Of a stretch of 64,000 bases of DNA, positions 47,002-59,644 are shown one piece after another. The DNA lies in contig JBLDXI010000013.1 of the NCBI GenBank assembly GCA_047495785.1, forward strand, positions 4,030,001 to 4,094,000. Reading direction: 5' to 3'. The notes under the pieces were generated by a model, which was not told where the DNA came from, made no database searches, and saw nothing but the letters and a program-made list of their open reading frames with translations. The translations under genes were made by a program, and so were the position numbers. How positions within the stretch are numbered: the stretch's first letter is position 1; each line of letters starts with the position of its first letter. This DNA is from Lepidodermella squamata. Its lineage: Eukaryota > Animalia > Gastrotricha.

Positions 47002-48076
47002 CGAGCATAATCCCAATGTTGAGAGCTCTACGTGGAAAAAGGTGCATGTAAAAAACAAATCGTGCAGAGAGACATTTTTACAAGATCCCCGTTTGAAGAG
47101 AATTTTCTATTCCTTCTCCTCGCATCTTACCGCCAATCGCCAATATTTGTGAGAGGCCTAACTTGAGGATGCTTAAGATTTCCCGTTTCCCATTCACAGG
47201 ATTTACCATGAGCACGTGGCTGTTGAATACCCAAGCCTATTAGCTGTTAGCCAATCTCAAGGATCCACTCGAGTTGATTACGCCAATCAAAAGTCGCCGT
47301 TATGCTATGCATCAAGGCCAGCAGACATCAATTGCAGTCATTCATTTATCCCCAGGGTGCTGTTTACCAAGGCGGCGCCTTGTGACTTGTAAGAAACGCC
47401 GGCGCAGTTAGTTACGATATAGCGATGGCACTCTTATTATTATCATATTCAATAAAGTAATAATATTCTATTACAAATAGTTACCATGTCAACTTGATGA
47501 TGACGACGTCTGGTGTTCGATCCATCACCAGCGTCTTCCGAGTGGCTCTTGTTTAACGTCGCCGATTTTCGCGCGCGTCTTCCTCGCACTCGCTAACAAG
47601 CCATGCATAATATTAGCATTATATTGCACCGATTTGTAGCGTATAACCCGAAAATCGCCGCATCCTTGGTTATGTCACCCCTCAGCTTATTTATCCATTT
47701 TCGGGGTTGACCTTTCACCGTACGCATAACCGCCCACAATGGTAATCGGGTAGCAACAGCCGCTGTGTTTTGCTTTTATTGCCGCGTTACGCCGTACGCT
47801 CGTTGTCGAGTAAACGCTATAGGCACGCACGGCTAGTACAGCAAATTAGCCGCAGACAGATAGATCACGACAATGGGCGCGGATTTCGCCGCGGTGCCAG
47901 CCGCATCACATCCGCCGCTAATTAACCAAGTATTTCCGAATGAGACGCGAGGAATTTTTATCTCTAAACAGCTAATTTTCTTGTATGTCACTATATTATA
48001 GAGATCTAGCACGTTTTTATTTACCAAACAAAAAATTAATTATTAATTCAAACGGTTACTGCCTGGTCAACACATC

Positions 48077-51000
48077 ATGGACAGTTCAAACGACGACGAA
48101 ATTACTGGTGAGTTTTTATTTTGCTTTAATTATTAATGTATTTTTACCCCTAGGTCGGGTTTAAGTATATAACCAGCAGTTACGCGCGCGCTAATATCTT
48201 TTTGCCGATGTTTGCGCATGGTGTTGCAAGGTGCCAATTGCGGTTAGATAGCGCGTGCGAGCGGTTTTGAACAAAGAGCTGAAATTTGAAGCGCCTGGCG
48301 GTGGCGGCGGCTCAATAACGAGCTGTGCGCTACTTGTCGCCCGGTATTGCCGCCGGATAAGCGTCAAACAGGCCCACTCGAGTGTCTCGTTACCATCTTG
48401 TTTCAAGCAAACCTGGCAGCAGAAAGCGCACATCCGGCATTTCAGGCCCGCAGCTATTTCGCGATAATATTGTTATTGTTTCATGGCAACGTGACCTATC
48501 GCGCTTTTGAAATTATCTCAGTGTTTTCTTTTAGACATCTGCCTTAAATAAAGTAGAGCAGGCATTATTCAACGCCATTAGCTGAGGAATTTTCACGACA
48601 CCTTCTCTATTCTAGTCAAATTATTCTTTCCCACACGAGTTTATAGCGCGTTAAGGGCTATCATTATCATCTTCTCGTTTATTAAACTTGTTGCATAATG
48701 CGCGCGAAAAATAATTTTTCAACTCGCCAAAAACCACGCCCCGTGGCTATGTGTATATTAATTTTCGCCTCGGTCACTGCACGTGTGTACTTGTCGACCC
48801 ATCAGCCGCCACCAGCAGTATAACAATGCATGCAGGGGGTAATAAGTGGTTTGCGCGACTGATGAACGTTTGATGAAATACCTCGACCGGAGACAAGGGG
48901 GTGTTTACTCTGCGACACTGGACACTTATACCACCGGTCGGTGAGCCATCAGTGTATTAACATTAACCCGCCGTGTGTTTACGGCAACCCGAGTTTCTTG
49001 CTGCGAAAAGCCCGAGCTTGTTGTTTGTTTCCGCTTAACTCATGCCGCTTTTACTACTCGTGACATTGTTGCCTCGCGCTATATCTATTAATCTCCACTT
49101 TTTTTTACGTTTTGTTTTGAGCCTCCAGGCCAAAAAATCACCTCGCTTTATTATGTAGATATTATATGTTTATTTTTATCATCTCGTCATCGCTATATGC
49201 TTTATCATTTACCCACACGGCTATTATACTACCTGGGAAACGCGTCGAGTGCCTTTTTTGTTCTGCCGCCGAAAAGTAGCGTTGCATAGAAGCGGAAGAG
49301 CGTGCGTGAGATATTAAGGCAGAAAATTCCGCGCGCGCGCACACATGAAAAAAAAAAATATGCGTGCGCGTCAGATGTGCGCGCGCCGAAAAAAACGATG
49401 CGTTGGGCCTTGCGTTTTGCATATAATTATACTAATATTGATATCAAGTAGGTATAGTGTCACGGTATCTTGCTGCCTCTCAACGCAGGACACAGACCGA
49501 ACCAGCTTTAATTACGGCGTTATCACACTAGATATATTTATTCCGAGGCATATCATCGCTGTTATCTATTACGTATTTATCTAATATTATATAGACGTTG
49601 TTTACTCAATCGACAATATCAACTACGAATTTACGACCAGTGCTGATTACGAGAACATCGACGACGACGGCGAAGAGTTGGCTGAAAGTATGAAACTGCC
49701 CGACTCGATCCAGGACCTGAATCAGGAATTGCTTTTCGATTCGGGCCTCGTCCATCTGGCTTGTAAGCCGCCTCACCACCTGTCGTTTTCTTTCATTATT
49801 ATTAATACAATATCTGTCTCAAATCTAGGCAATGAATCAAGCGACGATGCGTCGTCAATTGTTGCCATCCCGCTGGCGTCGTCCTCGCCCACCTCTTCGC
49901 ACCACTCGCCGGTTGACGTGTTGAAGCAGCATGTTAGCCGAACCGGCGAGACGGTGTTCCGCGACGATTTGGTGTCCATTTTTATTTACATTGTGCGCAA
50001 TTTACGATTTTCGAAACACGCGCAACTTCAGTTTGTTGTCGACGCGCAGCAAATGTCAACTGATGACCAAAAAGCTGCGCTGGATCTCGTTCTAACTTCA
50101 ATCTACACTGCTTATGTGAGTTTTTGCCTAATTCAATTGAAATTCAATTAATTCTAGAATCCTAAATTGAGGCGGATTTTCAATTTGAATTCAACCCTTA
50201 TTTTCTCCATCAATTCGTGAAAATATAATTTTTCGAAATTCGAAACTAACTACCTATTATTATTTATTAATTTATTAATATTAATTTTACGTTAATTAAT
50301 TAATTCAATTTTTTTCATAAATTGACATAACTTTGTCTACAATTCTTAGAAAAATTCTCCAAGGTATTTATTATGTTAATATATTTTTTTCTATTTTTTA
50401 GCTCGCTTTCCCTGATCACGTGTCTGATGTGAGATTACTGTCAAACGAACCTTCAGACTGGCTCAACGATCTCATCCAAAGCTTCAAGAAGCGAAACAAT
50501 CGCTTCGGAGCTCGATTAGCCACCGTTTCATCCACAACAGAAAACTTCTTCGACACTGACGTTCAAGCCAAATCTCGAAAATACTTCAATCAATGGCTAG
50601 ATTTTCGCCAATTAATCGAACAAGTAAACACGTCGGCCGATCACGTTGCACGCGAATTAGATAGCTTGGTAACGTCTCTAAATCGCGATTTGCCCACCCC
50701 GATCTCGGTTGAGGGCGTTGATAAGCAGATCGAAGATCACCAAAAGGCGTTGAAGGACGTGTTCAAAAGCGACGAATTCCTTGAATTTCAAGAAACAGCC
50801 GAATCTGATTTACAACAACTCAGCGAAATTGCCAACAATTTGTCCAGCTACTTGCCAGATTGCGTCAATTTTTACCGAAGTCTACAAAATCGCCATAAAG
50901 CCATCCAGGAACAACTGAGCCGAGTTGTTTCAATGTCGAAAATGAGGCTAAATTCGCGACTCGAAGTTAAACAAATCCTGCGACTGACCGCGGATATCAC

Positions 51001-54000
51001 GCGCGAAATCAGCTGGCTGAACACTGAATCTTGCTCGATTTTAGACCGACTTGAAGCGCCGATTCTGTCGTCGAAAAACGTCGATCAAGTCGCGAATGAC
51101 ATCGCAGATTTCAACAACATTCTAGCCGAACATGTCAACAACGTCGGCCTTACGTTGGTCCGAGTTCGTGAAACTGTTGCTTTCAACGGCCATGCTGATA
51201 AAAAATTATCGCCCCTAGCTGATTTGCTTCGGGTAGCTGCTGATAGTACTCGGGACCGTGTTGGGAGACTTGAGCAAAAAGCCGCGATTAACGCGGAATT
51301 AATTTGTAAAATCGACGCAATTTCCGACTGGTGCATGGAGACTTTCAAATTTTTGTCCACCCTGGAATTGCCAACTGATGATTCATCGAATTCTTCATCG
51401 TCTGCTAATCATCCGCTTCATTTACTCGTGCAATCTGCATCTCGAGTCGCGCAGTTCAAACTCGACCGGCCTGATCCGGTTAAAAATTGCGAGGAATTTT
51501 TCGGCAAATTGCTTGAAATGTGCGACGATCTTGGTTATGAAGAACTTCGAAAACGAACGGTGGAAACTAAGTCGAAACACGAAGATTGCTTGAAGTTGTT
51601 CCATTCGAAGGAGGAACGGCTTGACGCGGCTTTGAAGCAGTTATTGAAACTGAAAATCGACCAACCAGCCGATTTATCGCCAAGTTCCTTACCTAGAACT
51701 TCAATCGCTCAAATGAGACTGCAACGAAAAATTCTACGCAGTGTCTCGTTGTTGGAACAAAGCGGCGAAGATCTGCCTGATTCGATAAGTTCCGAGGAGG
51801 AAAAAATCGCGGAACCCGAAAATTCCCGCCAAAGGTCCAGCTCGAATTCGAACTCTGGAAATCGGAGAAGCGTCGCGGTTTTGAAGGCCTTGGACGAAAT
51901 TAACGAACATTTGTTGGATTTTGAACGGTCGAGCTGCGATAATTGTTCGCCAAATGCGGCGGCTACGTTGATGTCTAGCGGCATTTCCGAGGATTTATTC
52001 ATGCCCTACTCGCCGGTTGCTTCAGCCCCAGTCCACCGGGCTTCGACCTCAGTCTATTCGAGCAGCTTCAACACGCCGCAACTCGCTATGACAACTGACC
52101 CTGTAATCATGCGAAGGCGGACTTCAAACGCGTTTTCTTCATCGTCGTCTTCATCGGCGTCTTGTTCGACGTGCCGCAAGACGCAAAATCGACAATCAAC
52201 CACGTTACTAACATCGCTGTCACCGTCGCAATGCAGTTCGAACAATCATCAGGGCACGATGCAGAATAACAAGCGATTTTCGCTGTATCACCAGAGTAAA
52301 TCAGTGTCAGTTATGCAAAATCAGCAACTTACAAGCGTGGCGGCTAATCATCAGTGCCTACTGCCGATGACGCCGAAAGATGAGCAAATCGTGGCGGAGC
52401 TGCTGCAAACTGAGTGCGATTACATCACCTCGTTGCGGTATGTCATCGAAAATTACCTGGTCCCTCTCACCCAGGACTGCCGGCCGCACCCGTTGCAAGG
52501 CAAATTGAACATTGTCTTCGGAAATATCGAGTCACTTCTCGATTTTCACGAGACGCTCCTGCTACCTGAGCTCGAGCTATGTCGCCATAATTTGTTTTTA
52601 TTCGCGACTTGCTTCCTCCGAGCTGAGCAAGAATTGTCGAGTTTATACGTGTACTACAACACGAATAAATCTCGAAGTGATCGGTTGTTATCCGAAAACG
52701 CGGCGTTATTTTCCGGAATTCAATCAAGGCTCGGCCACAAGTTGGATGTCGCGAGTTATCTACTGAAGCCTGTTCAACGATTGGCGAAATATTCGCAATT
52801 TTTACGCCAGTTGTTGTGCGGCCGTTCGGTGAATGACGTCGCTCATGGTCAGTTGATGCTGGCCGAGCGGATGTTGTCGTACATTTTGCGACATGGAAAT
52901 GATTTGTTGTTGTTGGAGCAACTTCGCGGCTACGATTTCGCCCTGGCTGAACAAGGCCAGCTTCTTCGCCAGGATAAGATGGTGGTCGAGCGGAAAGGGA
53001 AGCCGAAAAAACTCCGACATGTAAGTATTTTTTATCATATTTTCGCTGAATATTCAAAAAAATATTTAATAATTATTGCGAAAATTAGAAAAAACGAGAA
53101 TTACCAAAATTCAAATAATTATAATTTATTCATAGATCTTGAAACTCATATTTTTTAATTTGAAAAATTTGAATTTGAAATTTGAAAAATTGAAAAATGA
53201 TAATTTTTAAGGAGGAATTTTTAATATTTTTAACACTTAAAATGTTGTTTCTTTTTCAAGTTTAATTCAATTTTTCTTATTTTTTCAGCTTTTCCTGTTC
53301 GAAGAAATTCTGGTCATTTCGAAGATTCACAGAGTAAACGGCCGCGGCGATTTCTACGAGTACAAGGAAAGCGTCAAAATCTGCGACATTGGCCTGACGC
53401 CGCAGGTCGGCCGGTCTGGCACGAAATTCGAAGTGTGGTTCCGCCGGCCCAACTCCGGCTTCCGTTACGTTATCAAAGCCGAAACACCGCAACTCCGCCT
53501 AGCCTGGACAACGGACATTGAAGAACTACTGTGGCGACAGGCTGTTGCCGTGAAAGAACGCCGGGCTGCTCAGTTCGTTTCGATGGGAATTGGCTTGCGC
53601 GGGTTAATCAGCCTTCAGCCGAGTTCGAATAACATCAGCTCAAGAACGGTCAACTTCGCATCGCCGAATTCGCCGCTAATGACAACCAGCCAGTTGTTGG
53701 AAGAGCCGATTTGCAGCAAAACCGCGGCTAAATCTCGCCCGGCGAGTGTCATGGTGCTAGGTGCTAACGCGGCGAATTCGAGGCAAGTTCCAGTTGCGGC
53801 GTCGAATCAAAATAAACGCCCGTATTCGTGGCTGTCATCGACGTCAAGCGCCGGTACGCAATCGTCGTCGAACAACACCCCGGCGCCGGTCAGCCAGCCG
53901 CAGGTTGCGGTTAACAACTCGTTGTACGACGCCAGCGAGGCGCTGACCTCGCCGTTGCTGTCGTCGAGTAGCAGCGAGCGGCTGTTGATACCGAAGCTTA

Positions 54001-54209
54001 TCACAACGGACGATGGTAAGGAGGCTTTCGACTATCCGATCGCGAGTTATCGCGCCGCGTCGTCTGGCGACGATGAGGACACGTCGTCTGATAACAACAT
54101 GGGCCGTATTGTGTTTTCGAAGCCGAGCGAGAGCAGCGATGATAACGAGGTTTTGATGGAGGTTGCCGATTATGAAATTGTCCACTGCACGCCATGCGAG
54201 GTCAAATAA
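48077..54209 (+). CDS. Dbl-family RhoGEF, PLEKHG4/puratrophin-1-like (spectrin-like helices + DH + PH). Exons 48077-48107, 49595-49762, 49829-50115, 50402-53020, 53289-54209
   Basis: DH motifs IVAELLQTECDYITSL, IVFGNIE, SYLLKPVQRLAKY and HGNDLL; PH motifs EQGQLLRQD, RH|LFLFEE, DIGLT and KFEVWFRR; WTTDIEELLWRQA..R....FVSMGIG is typical of PLEKHG4/4B. Junctions are in frame; the first exon is less certain. Confidence 0.85.
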
Positions 54210-55161
54210 TAATGATGATGTCAATCGAATTTATTGTTATTTATGCTCCGATTATTTCGAAGAGTGCTCTGTATATTACTTGTTTTTGTTCTCTTTTTCT
54301 TTTTTTCTTCTCGTTTTATTATCAAAAAATGCGCATAAATTAATTGATCATCGAAACTCATCGATAAATTGTTTTAGTCATCATCGAATAAAGTTTTGTT
54401 CAGCAAAGTTTATGCAATAAAACGATTTTATGATGTTTAAGGGATGTCTCTTTTGGAGTCACGTGAACCTGAAAAATTTCGATGGAAGAAGCGCGCGCCA
54501 ATGAGTGCAGCTTTTTAAAATTGATTGTGATAGATAAGTAATTTTTAGCGTCAGCTTTCGGCAGTGTTTCAAACCGAACATCTCATCGCATCGGGCATCA
54601 AAAAAGCATTTGTACAGAATAAGACTGCACCTCAATATGCCTGTAAATCTAGTGTTCATTTGGGTATCTTGATACACCTATCTACCTGATTTAATTTCGA
54701 TTTTACCCCATCGATTTTGCGGTATTTCGATGTTTGCGAAATTCCTGAAAATGTAGATTATTTTACAGCTCCAGTACGATGTCTGAGTGCTGATTTCTAT
54801 CAGATTGGAATAAACATTTCCCAGGTGAAGCTGAAACGTGTTGACGTTGAACGGTGGTGACCTTGAACTCAATGTCTTATTTGACGCATTACGTACTTTT
54901 TTATTGGGGGTTGATCTCAAGGTTGATCTCAAGAGAGCTCAAATCGTCGGGCCTGCCGTGAACATGAGTTTTCAAGATGGGGTTACCAGTTTGATTTTCA
55001 ATGTGGAAAGGTTTTCGCTTAGGTAACGTCGTATTATCAAAAAATGTTGGGCAGCACCTACCGAATTAGCGCTTTTAATTGTCAGTTGGTTTCAAGTGGA
55101 ATTACCGGAATAAAACGTCGTTTTACAAAGCCATCAATATTAAATCTAAGCAGTGGTTGAT

Positions 55162-56055
55162 TCAGGGGCGGATCTCCTCGGCGGAGCATGCCTCAATGCG
55201 TAGTCCGTAGATTATAGGGGTGTACATGAATTTTTGTGCGTACTTGGGTCTTCCTGTCGCGGGGTCGGTTCCACTGATAATGCCTGCGCAGCATTCAGCA
55301 TAGCTTGCATATTCGTACATTGATGCAGGTGATGTAACCTATCGCGCGTCCTCAAATGTACTGTCGATTAAATTAACCAGATGATAACTTACAAATTCCC
55401 CAGTTACTAACTTGGCCACGGCCACGATCGCAGTGTGTGGAAATTTGACGCACCAAGCCCAGATAGGACTGCTTTGGCTTACAACCTTATACGGCCTAGA
55501 ATCTTTTGCACCAATGCAGGCGGTCGTCTGATTAGTACCAGGAATGGTTTCTGTGACGAGAAACGTGCCAGGCTGAGCAGCCACGGCAGCACAGCATTGG
55601 TCAAACGTGTTAAAACTGGTCCCAGCAATTGGCTAAATCGGTTTTGTTGTCAATGAAAATAAGCTGACAGTTGACAACTCGTCTTCAATGAATACCTGAA
55701 CATCGGAGGAGAAAACACTCGTGCATGTAGCTCCACTGGCGATACACAGCTGAACGTTAGATTTCGAAACGCTAACATCTTGAAAGGTAGACAGAATGTT
55801 GCAAAGTTGAAATTGACCTCCCGATGGCTACGAGACAATTGTACATCATTTTAATTAAAAGGCGTAATCGCTGTGGCATACCCCAGCGACTGCAGTAGGT
55901 GAGCACTGTGAGCCTGAAGGACACGTTGCTGTATTGCCTGATGTCGGACACGAAGGACATGGCGCGCATGTACTCACGCTACTGGATGTGGGCGTGGTAC
56001 AAGAACTAACCACCGCGAAAATCGCGGAGAGCATTACAAAATATGTATCCTCCAT
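55162..56055 (-). CDS. Cys-rich secreted orphan protein, ~240 aa. Exons 56055-55882, 55827-55696, 55632-55393, 55338-55162
   Basis: Signal-like N-terminus; three phase-0 GT-AG introns of 54, 63 and 54 bp give a continuous ORF that the ORF track misses; internal repeat TFDQCCAA / SYAECCAG; TATATA about 40 nt upstream. Confidence 0.65.
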
Positions 56056-57220
56056 CTTTGAAACAGGATTCAAGAATTTACCCGAATCCCTATGTATATA
56101 TAGTGTAGGTTTGCATAGAAAAGACGCCAACAATCTGTATACTTAATCTGTCTTTTTCCTGTGAGTCATATTATATTACACTATATTACTCACCTTAGTT
56201 AAGGCATACCTAGCCTTAGTTTAGAAGGATTAATTGTTTGGGCATGCATTTCGGTAACATCAGCTCACTAGTTATGCCAGCTGATGGCGTTGGCATCACA
56301 ATCCCCTCAATATCATCGACGTCAGGACACGAATTTTGAAAGATTTTAATTTATTTTAATTTTTCAGCAGATACCTAATCTCCGGGAATAAAGAAACGCA
56401 CCAAAAATTCAATTAATCTCATGAATTGCTTTATTTTTATTTATGTTAGATACTAGGTATATCTCAGTCTTGATTAGTCTTTAAGTAAGGATAACTTTGG
56501 ATATCACAGTACACGAATAAAATTGAAAACAAATAAGATCATGTTTCGATTGGCGTAGATCAGTCAGTGTTTAGCGTCAACGCGACACCCTGCTACACCC
56601 AATGCGACGAATGGGTCCACGAGATCAAGTGGCACACTTCGATTGTATCCCTGGTTAGGATATAAGGGGTGATTAGTGTGGTCCGCCAAGAAATGGTCCG
56701 TTGAACTCAGCAACTCTCGACGGCGTAAATCTCGCTGATATCTGATGGCGTAAATCTAGCACCTTTAAACTCCAAAAAGCATGAGCATGCTGACGTTATA
56801 GTCTGCAGTCGATCATGTACGGATCCACATCTTTTCATCGGAACAATGTAATAACTTTCATCGCACTCAATCCAGAGGCCATTCTGGTTTTATAGCTATC
56901 CTTATGCAGTTTGACTTGTACGACTAGATTCCGAATTTTGCACTCCCAATTTCATAAGCCCTAAAGGCCCTAAAGGCCCTAATTTTCAATGTTTTCCCTA
57001 CAATTGCACTGTTTTTGCCCGGCCTCAACGACACGCCAAAGACCAAAAACATGGGTTTCTTTATATTATGGGGTGGGCCTTGTTCGGCTACAAAACTCAA
57101 TATCAAAAACTGGGGCGATCTTATCCATCAAATTACATCATTACTATTATAAAATCTACTCAAATTTCGCTGTCATTTTGATGAGGAAATTATTTCGGTT
57201 TGAACAGGATGATCAGTCAC

Positions 57221-57501
57221 CTAGACTGCGGAAGAAGGAGGAAGAAGAGAAGGTGAAGAAGACATGAGGCAAGCCTGAATCGCGAAGAACAGTGAGTAGG
57301 AAAGCGTCCTGTCGAATATCCAGTGTTTCGTATTGTTTTCCTCCTCGTTCGAGTCGAATTGGTACAAGGCTTCTTTAGCATCGAGTGGTTTAGCTGAGGT
57401 CGTGTGAAGCAATTTAACAGGGCGGTAGAAAGGTTTTCGAACTGAATCTGTTGTAAAATACCCAAGCACCCAAAACCGAGTAAAAGCTTTCGAAACGGCA
57501 T
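57221..57501 (-). pseudogene. Degenerate, truncated SDHD duplicate
   Basis: LHTTSAKPLDAKEALYQFDSNEEENNTKHWIFDRTLSYSL aligns with LYRTSTALNLDAPQALRRFDVDHSHDHSGHWKFERLIANSL of the intact SDHD 2 kb away. The ATG at 57501 is out of frame and a stop follows TM1. Confidence 0.7.
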
Positions 57502-57817
57502 TGAAAAAATCGTTGAATGGCTTTATGAAATGTGCATTAATTTATATTACACAATACTTTTTAATGACGTAACAAACGCACAAAGTTTAACACATTGTTT
57601 TTTATTAATTAAAACGCACTATTTTTCATCTCATTCATCTTTATTCATTTTCCGCAGTATCAAATAATTTTATTTTTATTTCACTTTCAAATGACTAATA
57701 ATAACGCTCACATCGAGAATAAAAGCACGCCCATGAAGTTCACGCTGAGGAGAAATGGCGGTACAACACGTAAAATGTCCATGAGGAAAGCCCATTTTGA
57801 CGACTATTAAATCAGTT

Positions 57818-58894
57818 TCACCTAGCATCGTAGTGACGGAACTCAGGTTTCAGCTCCCACATATTGCGGTGAGGCGGCTTCATGTTATACTGGCAATATT
57901 CTTGCAAAATCTCTTTCAGGAAACCCTAAATAAAATAAAAAAATTAATGAAAATATTCTCGAAAAAAATCATTAAAAAAATTAAACTGTGATACTAAATA
58001 ATAATAATTGAGAAGCTATAAATTCCAAAAAATTCTTATTAATTCTTCGTTAAATAAAAATTATCCCTATTTTACTATAATTGATTCCTCCTTTTTTTTC
58101 CTTCAAAATATTTCAAACTGAACTCACAAGAGGCTGATTGGTGATTTTCGCCAGATCTTTGATGTTGTAGTACTGATGCTTCTGGAAGGCCTTGAGCAGC
58201 GTATCGACAACATCGTCGCGTTCCGATCGCGCTTTGGGTGCGTTTGATTTACGCCGGAGATCGTTTTCCAAATCAATTTCGCGATGAGTCGTCGGCTTGT
58301 ACGCGTGCACCGTGCCTTCGATTTGCTTCACTGTCTGAACACCCCTCTTCTGCTCCTCAACTTTCGCCCGTTTCGACTAAGTAAAAATGAAATAACAACA
58401 GTTTCTCATTAAACTGCACCAATTCACCTGAAAATACGCGGGATCAGCTGGAGGTCGGCATTCAGCTCGTTGAATGATATTGCCCTCAACAGCGATAGGT
58501 CCAACGTTGAAGCCGAGATGAGGTGTCTGGCCCTGAGAGACAACAATCAGATGCTGAGCGGCTTTGTCAGTCTTGGTCAACACGAATTTATGTTCAGTTT
58601 TCGCAATCGGCGGCGCTTGATGCGCTATACTGTTATCCAGAGTAAACACAACATCAGGCTTCGCACCCCTGTAATAGAAACGATTCAAAGAAATTCAAAT
58701 TTATCCGCTGTTTTTCAGACTAACGGAATTGTAGCCGGAACAGTTCTCAGCTTCCCAACTTGGGAGGTGGTCGAACTTTTCCAAACATCAGCTAGATACT
58801 TCGGAACCTTGACCAGCCACACACCTCGAGAGGCGCAGGCCAGGTCGACCTCTTGATCTTTGTGCGCTTCTTCCACGCCCTCTGGAGCAGCCAT
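57818..58894 (-). CDS. GTF2F2: General transcription factor IIF subunit 2 (RAP30). Exons 58894-58725, 58668-58428, 58376-58128, 57925-57818
   Basis: RGVWLVKVPKYL, VEGNIIQRAECRP, AFQKHQYYNIKDLAKITNQPL|GFLKEIL and HRNMWELKPEFRHY. Confidence 0.95.
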
Positions 58895-59140
58895 AATTTT
58901 AATTCAGCCTATAAAAACATTGTGAAAACAGTCTATTTTATTTACTGTTTTAGCCGTAACGTTACACGCGAGCCACTAAACTAAAATCAGTTTCTTTATA
59001 ACAATACTACGTCAGTGTGCAAGTTAGGGGTAATTGTTATTCATCTCGCACAGATAACAATAGGTACACTGGGCAGCGAAGTTTCAAGTAACTTATAGTA
59101 AATCAGTTTTGCCAAGTCGTTTCCGTAAATTTTAGTTAAT

Positions 59141-59644
59141 TTATTGTTTGCCTTGGATGTGCCACAACTGCCTGATTGCGCCGGTAAAACCGATGTTTGT
59201 GTAGTTGAAGTAAACCAGGCCGGCAAACGTGATGATGGTGCATACGTAGACTGCGGCAAGGGCTGGTAGGTAAAGCCATTTCGGGCGGTAATTAAGATAG
59301 TCGAAAACGATGCTTTCAACGCCGTAATGAAGGTGAGCAGCCAAGTTAGCCGCAACAAAGTAGTCAAGTGCCGGATGCTGGAAAATGATGCCGGCGGGGA
59401 TGGTGATCATCAAGCTGTTAGCAATCAGACGCTCGAATTTCCAGTGACCAGAATGGTCGTGACTATGGTCCACGTCAAAACGGCGGAGCGCTTGAGGAGC
59501 GTCGAGGTTCAAAGCAGTGCTTGTGCGATAAAGTTGAACGCTATTTTGGACGACGCTTGGGCGCGGAGCGACCAGAGCAGATCGAGCGGCGACCGAGCGA
59601 GCAGCCAGTACACCACCGTTGCAGAATGCTCGTAAATATGACAT
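59141..59644 (-). CDS. SDHD: Succinate dehydrogenase cytochrome b small subunit (CybS), no coding introns
   Basis: Mitochondrial presequence, HWKFER, HLHYGVESIVFDY (heme His and DY motif), AGLVYFNYTNIGFTGAIRQLW. Confidence 0.93.
   Translation of the reverse strand: MSYLRAFCNGGVLAARSVAARSALVAPRPSVVQNSVQLYRTSTALNLDAPQALRRFDVDHSHDHSGHWKFERLIANSLMITIPAGIIFQHPALDYFVAANLAAHLHYGVESIVFDYLNYRPKWLYLPALAAVYVCTIITFAGLVYFNYTNIGFTGAIRQLWHIQGKQ

Noticed and set aside
43375-49584. Many 60-125 aa ORFs in the non-coding region
   Set aside because: Random-like composition, overlapping on both strands, mostly non-ATG starts.
56957-56982. (GCCCTAAAG)x3 resembling telomeric TTAGGG
   Set aside because: Only three 9-bp units; not a telomeric array.
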